DNA of 25,542 nt from Eubacteriales bacterium (lineage in GTDB: Bacteria; Bacillota; Clostridia; Oscillospirales; CAG-382), in assembly GCA_045532415.1 (NCBI GenBank), contig JAZSFY010000358.1:1-25542 (forward strand). Direction: 5' to 3'. The position numbers and the translations under genes are program-made. This document shows positions 7,862-14,899 of the stretch, one piece after another. Position 1 is the stretch's first letter; each line of letters starts with the position of its first letter. The notes under the pieces were generated by a model, which did no database searches, was not told the DNA's origin, and saw only the letters and a list, made by a program, of their open reading frames with translations.

Positions 7862-7898
7862 TTGGAGAAGATGCTTTATACAAAAGCTTCTTCTCCAA
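7862..7898. terminator. Probably bidirectional terminator between the small ORF and pncB
   Basis: TTGGAGAAGA / TCTTCTCCAA outer stem plus GCTTT / AAAGC inner stem, with A/T-rich flanks, between convergent genes. Confidence 0.7.
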
Positions 7899-7913
7899 AT
7901 TAATTTTATTGCA

Positions 7914-9350
7914 TTATTTAATTTTACCGCCGTTGGCAAGAAGGTCATGCTTAAGATCCCAAAGCTTTTGAGAAAGGTCAACATAATAACGGTGAGGGTT
8001 TTCAAAACGCTTTACTTCATCCCAAAGGTTGGAAACCTGATTAGCACAATAATCTCTTATATCAGAAAGCTTTGGCGTTTCATAAACAAGCTTACCCGAA
8101 AGGAAAATCGGCTTTAAAAGCTCGACTGCATCATAATCGGTAACAACCTGACGCTTCCAAGTGAAAACAGGGTCAAAAAGCTCTAAAGGCTCATTAAAAT
8201 CGGGTGTTTCATTATAAAGAGTTATATAATCTGCAATAGCTCTGCCTGTGCTTTTGCGGAAAAGGCGGTAAACCTTTTTGAAATGAGGATTGGTAATCTT
8301 ATCGGGGTTTTCGCTGATTTTAATTTTAGGAATGATATTGCCGTTTTCATCCTCAACTGCCGCAAGCTTATAAACACCGCCGAAAACGGGGTGGCTTTTT
8401 GCGGTTATCAAGCGCTCGCCAACGCCGAATGCATCAATTTGAGCACCCTGACGAAGGATATCCTTAATAATTTTTTCATCCAAGGAATTTGAAATAACAA
8501 TCTTACAACGCTGTAATCCTGCTTCATCAAGCATGCCGCGAACCTTTTTGGTAAGATACGCAATATCGCCCGAGTCGATTCTTACAGCGCAATTCTTAAT
8601 ATTACATTCCTTAAATACCTTTATTGCATTGGGAATACCGCTTTTTGTAACATTATAGGTGTCAACAAGCAATGTTGCATTATCGGGGTAAAGCTGGCAA
8701 TAGGTCTTGAACGCGGTATATTCATCATCAAACATCTGCACCCATGAATGAGCCATTGTTCCTGATGCAGGGATATCGTAATCCTTTGCAGAAAGAGTAC
8801 AGGAGGTGGAATTTACACCGCCTATGTATGCAGCTCTTGCGCCTAACAATGCCGCATCTGCGCCTTGAGCGCGTCTTGCCCCAAATTCGCTTACTGCCCT
8901 GCCGTCGGATGCACGAACAATACGGTTTGCCTTTGTGGCAATAAGAGATTGGTGGTTGAAGGCTGTTAGAATAAAGGTTTCGATAAATTGTGCCTCCATA
9001 ACGGGAGCCTTAACAGTCATTATAGGCTCTCTGGGGAAAATAGGAGTTCCCTCGGGAATTGCATAAAGGTCACCTGTAAAATGGAAATTCTTAAGATAAT
9101 CAAGAAATTCCTCATCAAAATGACCTTGGGCGCGGAGATATTGTATATCATCCTCGTCAAAATGAAGGTCCTTGATATAATCAATTATCTGTCCCAAGCC
9201 TGCGGCGATTGCATATCCGCCTCCATCGGGAACATCGCGGAAAAATACATCAAAATATGCAATGGTATCCTTTTTACCGCAACGAAGATAACCGTTTGCC
9301 ATTGTTAATTCATAGAAATCGCAAAGTAATGTAAGGTTACGCTTATCCAT
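7914..9350 (-). CDS. pncB: Nicotinate phosphoribosyltransferase
   Basis: LLCDFYELTM, EFGARRAQG, GTMAHSW, LLVDTY, VRIDSGD, DAFGVGE and FGGVYKL are NAPRTase motifs. The start is placed at MDKRN (9350) from RBS spacing; the track start is 9362. Confidence 0.95.
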   Translation of the reverse strand: MDKRNLTLLCDFYELTMANGYLRCGKKDTIAYFDVFFRDVPDGGGYAIAAGLGQIIDYIKDLHFDEDDIQYLRAQGHFDEEFLDYLKNFHFTGDLYAIPEGTPIFPREPIMTVKAPVMEAQFIETFILTAFNHQSLIATKANRIVRASDGRAVSEFGARRAQGADAALLGARAAYIGGVNSTSCTLSAKDYDIPASGTMAHSWVQMFDDEYTAFKTYCQLYPDNATLLVDTYNVTKSGIPNAIKVFKECNIKNCAVRIDSGDIAYLTKKVRGMLDEAGLQRCKIVISNSLDEKIIKDILRQGAQIDAFGVGERLITAKSHPVFGGVYKLAAVEDENGNIIPKIKISENPDKITNPHFKKVYRLFRKSTGRAIADYITLYNETPDFNEPLELFDPVFTWKRQVVTDYDAVELLKPIFLSGKLVYETPKLSDIRDYCANQVSNLWDEVKRFENPHRYYVDLSQKLWDLKHDLLANGGKIK

Positions 9351-9354
9351 TTTT

Positions 9355-11124
9355 CTAATCATCCTTCAATTTCTTTATAATATAAAGCAAGCCTACTGCC
9401 GCAGCAGCTACGCCTATGGCATATTTATTAATTTTTGTCTTGCTTTGCTTCTTTTTAATATGAACGTTCTTTTGTTGTTTTATATCTGGCTGTGTTTTGC
9501 CAGGCGTTTTTTCTTCTTGAACGTAAGCCTCGGGCTCTGATTCTGATTTTGGCAAATCAACTAAAGGCTCTGCCTTGGCTTTTGATTCTTCAACAAAATA
9601 AACCTTATGAAAATTGCCGCTTAAATATCTGCAAATAGTTTTATAAATATCCTTTTGAAAAATCCGCTCGATTATATCCGAGGATTGAAAATCGAATACA
9701 ATAACCTTATCTTGCATTTCTTTTTCATTCAAGGATTCCTTTATATCATTACTGTTACAAATTTCATCGGTTAAATATACCGCAGGGGAAAAACCGTAGG
9801 CTTCAATAGTTTTAGCAAAATCATGCTCAAGCATTTTTTTACGATTGGATATTTCAGACCCGAAAGCACTATAAATAGGATGCATGGCAACCGCATCAAA
9901 TCCGATACTTTTTGCCTTTTCCATACCGCTTGCTTGAAAAAGGGATATCATAATGCTTCTATACCCTTTTTCATTAAGCTTTTCCAAGCATTTTTGAACA
10001 AGAGCGGGATTATCCTCGAAATATTTTCTCCCCAAAGAGCTGTCATTCCAATTCCAACCGTAGATTTGAATATTATGAAGACATTCTGCATCCAATCTGC
10101 GTTCGACAGAATCAACAAACCAACAGAAGGCATCTACACAATCCTGAACATCCAAAAGCTTTTCCTGAATGCCGTCGCCATTCAGGTCGCCGAAAACATT
10201 CAATGAGATTCTGGGAACAGGTGCAGTTAAAAACACCTTCAGCTTAAAATCCTTATCATACAAACCGCAATTCTTCAAATCGCTGACAGCTTCATCCAAT
10301 GCTTTTAGGTTTCTTTCGGGGGCAAACATTTCATCTATAAGACTTTCCCAATCGGAAAGGTTGGACGCTTCATCCATATAGCCAAAAGCACCGCCTGAAG
10401 GTGCAAATCTATTAAGCTTTAGCAAAACAGAATCAAACAAAGCTCCCGCAAGTCTTGCTTCTTCATCGAACCTGCCCAGACAAGAGATGAAATTTGATTT
10501 TGTTATGCCTATGGATTCTCCTTTGGAGGAATATCCAAAAGGCAATGCCGCAATATTATTAATATTATCAAAGGGAGAGCAATCCCTAAAGCTGTCTACT
10601 GCTTCATAGCAAACCTTATCTCCCGAAAGCTTTTCTTCCAAACCTACACATTCGCTTCCCAAAATCCTTATTTGGTCGCAAAGTGCTTGGCTTTCAATGA
10701 AAAATTTGATTTTTACAAACCGAGCAGAAAAAGGCTTTTCTGCTTTATATGAGTAAACCGCTCGGGCTTTTGCAGAAAAAGAAAGGGAAAAAGGAGATAC
10801 TAAAGCACAAGCTTCATAAAAATCAATTCCGTCCACCGAAAAAGCAAAACAAACATTTTCGGGACAATATATATCTGCATTTGTGTTATGAAGAAAGCCT
10901 ATATCAAATTCGGATATACTGTAAAGCTCACCTAAATCAATAGTGATAATTCTGCCGAAGCCGCCGCAAAGCTTTTTCCATTGGTCCAAAGCATCCAAAT
11001 CACCAAAAGAGCCATTTGTCAGGCTGCTTACCTCTATTGTTTCAGACTCGGCATAGCTATATTTTATCGGCGCAAGCTCCTGTATGCTTACCCTTTTTCC
11101 TAATGCAAGATTTCTTACATTCAT
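9355..11124 (-). CDS. Discoidin domain + degenerate DUF4855-like domain with C-terminal membrane anchor
   Basis: N-terminal discoidin motifs (NLALGK, LTNG, IDLG, SVDG, ARFVK). The barrel resembles the two lipoproteins (LFDSVLL, APSGG, DWESLIDEMF, FGDLNGDG, AVAMHPIY). A K/E/P-rich linker is followed by the hydrophobic tail YAIGVAAAAVGLLYII. There is no signal peptide. Confidence 0.8.
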   Translation of the reverse strand: MNVRNLALGKRVSIQELAPIKYSYAESETIEVSSLTNGSFGDLDALDQWKKLCGGFGRIITIDLGELYSISEFDIGFLHNTNADIYCPENVCFAFSVDGIDFYEACALVSPFSLSFSAKARAVYSYKAEKPFSARFVKIKFFIESQALCDQIRILGSECVGLEEKLSGDKVCYEAVDSFRDCSPFDNINNIAALPFGYSSKGESIGITKSNFISCLGRFDEEARLAGALFDSVLLKLNRFAPSGGAFGYMDEASNLSDWESLIDEMFAPERNLKALDEAVSDLKNCGLYDKDFKLKVFLTAPVPRISLNVFGDLNGDGIQEKLLDVQDCVDAFCWFVDSVERRLDAECLHNIQIYGWNWNDSSLGRKYFEDNPALVQKCLEKLNEKGYRSIMISLFQASGMEKAKSIGFDAVAMHPIYSAFGSEISNRKKMLEHDFAKTIEAYGFSPAVYLTDEICNSNDIKESLNEKEMQDKVIVFDFQSSDIIERIFQKDIYKTICRYLSGNFHKVYFVEESKAKAEPLVDLPKSESEPEAYVQEEKTPGKTQPDIKQQKNVHIKKKQSKTKINKYAIGVAAAAVGLLYIIKKLKDD

Positions 11125-11978
11125 AGCCTTTCTCCAACACGTTCGCCATATAAAACTGTGGTTTCGATTTCTTGTGCGCTGTTTTCGGTAATATCAGCGT
11201 CAAGCCTTACCATGTCCTTTTTATAAAGAACCACTATTGTAGAGCCGCCAAAGGAAAAATAACCCTTTTCCTCTCCGCGTTTAAAGCTTTCGTTATGATA
11301 GTTATTAATTTTTCCAACCATCATTGCGCCAACCTCAACAAAAGCTACCTTGCCGAAATTCTCGGTATCCAAAACAGTCAATTCACGGCAATTTTTTCCG
11401 TAAACATCATATTTTTCCAAAGCAATAGGGTTGACCGTATGAAGGTCCCCCGAAATAAACTTATGAGAAAGCTCTCTGCCGTTATCGGGATAGCAGTAGC
11501 GATGATAGTTATCTACCGTCAAGCGGTAAACAAAGCATTTTCCGCCGAGAAATTCCTCTGCCAAGGAATCGTCCATTAATAGGTTTTTTATACTGTAATT
11601 ACATCCCTTTATTGTATAACTGCTGTCTTCATTTATATCATAAACAGTTAACTTTGAATCAGCAGGGGAAATAATTGAATTGTCAGAAAAATCAATTACG
11701 CGTTTACCGTCACGGATTTTTCTTATAAAGAACTCATTAAAGGAAGGAAAATCCCTTTGCTCATAATCATTCATGTCAATATTATGCTGTTTTATAAGCT
11801 TTTGGATACGTCCCTTTGAAAGAGATGATTCCATATAAAGCTTTCCTATATTTGAAATAAAAGGACGGCACAAAAGCTTTAAAAGCAATTTGCCAAATCC
11901 GTTATTATAAAGAAAGGACAAAAATCCCTCTTGCTTTTCATCAGCAGAAACGACATTTCCCTTACGGTCTTTTATCAT
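11121..11978 (-). CDS. psd: Phosphatidylserine decarboxylase proenzyme
   Basis: SFNEFFIRK, ISPADSK, YRLTVDNYHRY, VEVGAMMVG and the self-cleavage motif GEEKGYFSFGGST. Confidence 0.93.
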   Translation of the reverse strand: MIKDRKGNVVSADEKQEGFLSFLYNNGFGKLLLKLLCRPFISNIGKLYMESSLSKGRIQKLIKQHNIDMNDYEQRDFPSFNEFFIRKIRDGKRVIDFSDNSIISPADSKLTVYDINEDSSYTIKGCNYSIKNLLMDDSLAEEFLGGKCFVYRLTVDNYHRYCYPDNGRELSHKFISGDLHTVNPIALEKYDVYGKNCRELTVLDTENFGKVAFVEVGAMMVGKINNYHNESFKRGEEKGYFSFGGSTIVVLYKKDMVRLDADITENSAQEIETTVLYGERVGERL

Positions 11979-12010
11979 AATTAATCTCTTTTCAAAACTG
12001 TATTTGTAAT

Positions 12011-12039
12011 ATTATACAATCATACTCGAAAAATGTCAA
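12011..12039 (-). promoter_or_regulatory. Consensus sigma-A promoter of the psd operon
   Basis: TTGACA (12039-12034), 17 nt, TATAAT (12016-12011). Confidence 0.85.
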
Positions 12040-12044
12040 TAAGC

Positions 12045-12071
12045 AAGGGGCTGTCATAATAACAGCCCCTT
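12045..12071 (-). terminator. Terminator of CHAP-dockerin gene 1
   Basis: 10-bp inverted repeat AAGGGGCTGT / ACAGCCCCTT just downstream of the stop at 12086. The U-tract is short. Confidence 0.7.
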
Positions 12072-12085
12072 TTAGGAAACAAATA

Positions 12086-14701
12086 TTAATTAAATTTACC
12101 GCTTAAAATATCCTTCTTAAGCATCATGTAATCGGTAGCAGTAACCTTACCGTCACCGTTATAATCAGCGCGTTCTTTATATCCTTCGGTTACAGATGAT
12201 GTATTAAGAGTGCCGAAGATATATTGCTTGAGCATAAAGTAATCTACAACCTTAACAACGCCATCGCCGTTTATATCGCCTGCAAGACCAACCTTTGCAG
12301 GGATAACTTCGCTATCGACCAAGGTTCCGCATTCGGTACAGTATTGACACTTCAAGCCCTCTTTACCAAAGCCTGCTTCTTCCTCGATTACCCAGTTGCC
12401 TGCGTTATGTTTTGCATCAACATAATCGGAAACATAGCTGTCGCCGCAAGAGCAGGAATAGGTTGTATATCCGCGTTCTGTGCAGGTAGGAGCGGTAACA
12501 ACAGCATTGTAAGAGTGAGTGTGAACGGTTCCGTTATACACATCACCGAATACCTGAATTTCGTTAAGGAAGGTCCAAGAACCGCAAACCTTAGCAGAAA
12601 TTCTCAAATAGGATGCGTTAACTCCGCTTATATCCTTAAGCTCGCTCCAATAGCCATAGCAGTCGCCTTCCTTTGTTCCGGTTATGGGGAAGGATGTACC
12701 GTATTTTTGATAGTTTACACCGTCAGTGGAATATTCAAGATACAATTCATAAGGACTTGTAATACCCCAATCCCAATAAGCGCCCAAATATACCTTTGCA
12801 GAGGTAATTGTATAGGTCTTTTCAAGATTAAAGGTTATAGAACCGATTCCGTCAACAACATTTGTTTCAACGCCTTCTCTGTTATTAAAGCCGAACCAAT
12901 CGCTTAATACGTTGAAGTTGTCTGCAGCAAAGCCGTCGGTAAGATTAGCAGTATAAGAGCCTACGGTTTGACCGTTACCCGAAATTTGATAATCCTTTCC
13001 GAAAACAATGCTTGCGCCGCCGCTCACAAATTTACAATAAGAAGCAACAGATGCATAGTGAACCTCGTCAGTAAAGGTTACACCGTAAAATCTTACAAGG
13101 TCACCTACTTTGCATTTGCTAAGATTGTTATAGCTTGTTACGCTTTCGGGAACCGAGCTGTCTACATGGCAGGCAAGCAAAATCTCGCCATAGCTCATGT
13201 TGATGTCGGGAGTATTAACACTATTGCCCTCGGATTTGCTCTTTACTATCCAGCCCGAAGCGGCATCGCTCCATTGAAGAACAACATTCAAGGTATATGC
13301 AATATTAGCATTGGAAACAGTTGCCTTCCAGCCGTTATCAATTGCACTATTTGCAAGCTTGGGAGTGAAAATATGGCAATCGCCTGTTTGAATCTTTGCG
13401 TTAACACCTGTGATTCTTACACCACCGGGGTTAATACCTGTTTGTGCTTTAGCAAGAAGACCGTTGATGCTTTCTGCTGCAGCCTTATAATCGTCCTGTG
13501 TAGAGCTTGCGTTGTTATAGGTAGCTACGCCCAACTCATAAGCGTTACGAAGGTGATAGAGGTCTTCTTCGATATAATTTTCGTGATAAGCAGCTATTGC
13601 ATTATTAATAGCTGTAAGAAGAACAGGCTTATAATCGGAGGAAGAAGAACCGCCGCCTGATACATTATCGGAAATTTGGATAACCTTGTCTTCGCTTTTA
13701 AGGTTTACATATCCGCTTACGCCGTCATAGGTTACGATAGCTGCGGACTTATCAGCAGTAACACCGCTTGCCTCGAACATATGGCAGGTAGGAATATCTA
13801 CATAAACACCGTCGCCGTATTTTGCTCTTGTGGTACAAGCTGCATCGGCATAGAGATATTTATAGGAAAGAGTCATATACAAGCCTGCTGTGGGGTTTGC
13901 GCCCGAATAGTCAACAGAAGGAGCGCTGTTATCGGGATAAGGCATTGCGCCATAACCGTAGATGTAAGAGCTGGAAAGAGAGTAGTTCTTGAAGTAAACG
14001 CCGCCGCCATCTGTTTCAAGAGGGATATTCGAGCTTGTGTTGCCTTCAACGGTATAAACAGTATTTCCCGAAACATATACAACAATACCGATATGTCCCG
14101 AAGACGCTCCACCATTGCTGGAGAAGAAAATCAAATCGCCGCTTCTGGGAACATAAGAGCCACCCTTGTATGCGGAATACTTAAAATATCCTGCAGACTG
14201 CAAAACCCATGTCCATTGAGAGCAGGAATATTCCTTCCACATATAATCCTTAGGGTTTTTACCTGAAGGGCTGTCGTTATATTTTCTTCCTATGTAAGCA
14301 TTAGACTTTACATCAGTACAGCGGGATTGATAAAGACACCAAGAAACAAAGGAAGCGCACCAAGGATAATCGCTGCCGCCATAGCCCAAGCCCCAGTCGC
14401 CTTGCGACCAGTTATACTCGGTATAGTTAGGGCCTCCGGCAACAAGACCGGAATACTGACCTGCATAAGAGCCTTCCTGATAACCCAACTGAGAAAGTGC
14501 AATAGCCAAAAGGTCCTCACGGCTAACACCTGTTATGGGAACCTTGAGATAATTTTGATAATATCTTCCTGATTTGTAGGAATCGGATGCAGAGTTAACA
14601 GCCGTTCTGTATTCTGCCGCAGAAGCAGGAACCGCAAAAGCAGATGCCAACATCAGCAATACAAGAAAAACTGATAATGCTCTCTTTAAATGCAATTTCA
14701 T
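12086..14701 (-). CDS. Secreted CHAP-domain cell wall hydrolase with SH3-like, FIVAR-like, discoidin, Cys-rich HTHSY module and C-terminal dockerin
   Basis: Signal peptide ending in VPASA-A. CHAP motifs PWCASFVSWC, GHIGIV and VEGNT. Discoidin motifs LTDG and STDG..Y...W.F.NE. Cys-rich module HTHSYNAVVTAPTCTERGYTTYSCSC. Duplicated dockerin Ca loops GDINGDGVVKVVDY / ADYNGDGKVTATDY. Confidence 0.88.
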   Translation of the reverse strand: MKLHLKRALSVFLVLLMLASAFAVPASAAEYRTAVNSASDSYKSGRYYQNYLKVPITGVSREDLLAIALSQLGYQEGSYAGQYSGLVAGGPNYTEYNWSQGDWGLGYGGSDYPWCASFVSWCLYQSRCTDVKSNAYIGRKYNDSPSGKNPKDYMWKEYSCSQWTWVLQSAGYFKYSAYKGGSYVPRSGDLIFFSSNGGASSGHIGIVVYVSGNTVYTVEGNTSSNIPLETDGGGVYFKNYSLSSSYIYGYGAMPYPDNSAPSVDYSGANPTAGLYMTLSYKYLYADAACTTRAKYGDGVYVDIPTCHMFEASGVTADKSAAIVTYDGVSGYVNLKSEDKVIQISDNVSGGGSSSSDYKPVLLTAINNAIAAYHENYIEEDLYHLRNAYELGVATYNNASSTQDDYKAAAESINGLLAKAQTGINPGGVRITGVNAKIQTGDCHIFTPKLANSAIDNGWKATVSNANIAYTLNVVLQWSDAASGWIVKSKSEGNSVNTPDINMSYGEILLACHVDSSVPESVTSYNNLSKCKVGDLVRFYGVTFTDEVHYASVASYCKFVSGGASIVFGKDYQISGNGQTVGSYTANLTDGFAADNFNVLSDWFGFNNREGVETNVVDGIGSITFNLEKTYTITSAKVYLGAYWDWGITSPYELYLEYSTDGVNYQKYGTSFPITGTKEGDCYGYWSELKDISGVNASYLRISAKVCGSWTFLNEIQVFGDVYNGTVHTHSYNAVVTAPTCTERGYTTYSCSCGDSYVSDYVDAKHNAGNWVIEEEAGFGKEGLKCQYCTECGTLVDSEVIPAKVGLAGDINGDGVVKVVDYFMLKQYIFGTLNTSSVTEGYKERADYNGDGKVTATDYMMLKKDILSGKFN

Positions 14702-14826
14702 AAGTATCTCCTATTATAATTATTCGGGTTATCATATACCAAACCCATGCATTATGCATTTTAACACAAATTATATAATTTGTAAATAATTTAGTTGTCG
14801 ATTTTAGTTTTTTGTGGAAAAATAAC

Positions 14827-14859
14827 AAAGACGTTTGGGCAGATTGCCCAAACGTCTTT
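14827..14859 (-). terminator. Terminator of CHAP-dockerin gene 2
   Basis: Perfect 15-bp inverted repeat AAAGACGTTTGGGCA / TGCCCAAACGTCTTT with a U-rich tail on the minus strand. Confidence 0.85.
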
Positions 14860-14899
14860 TTGTCTAAAATTATTCTAGATATATTTCCTAGGTTAAATA

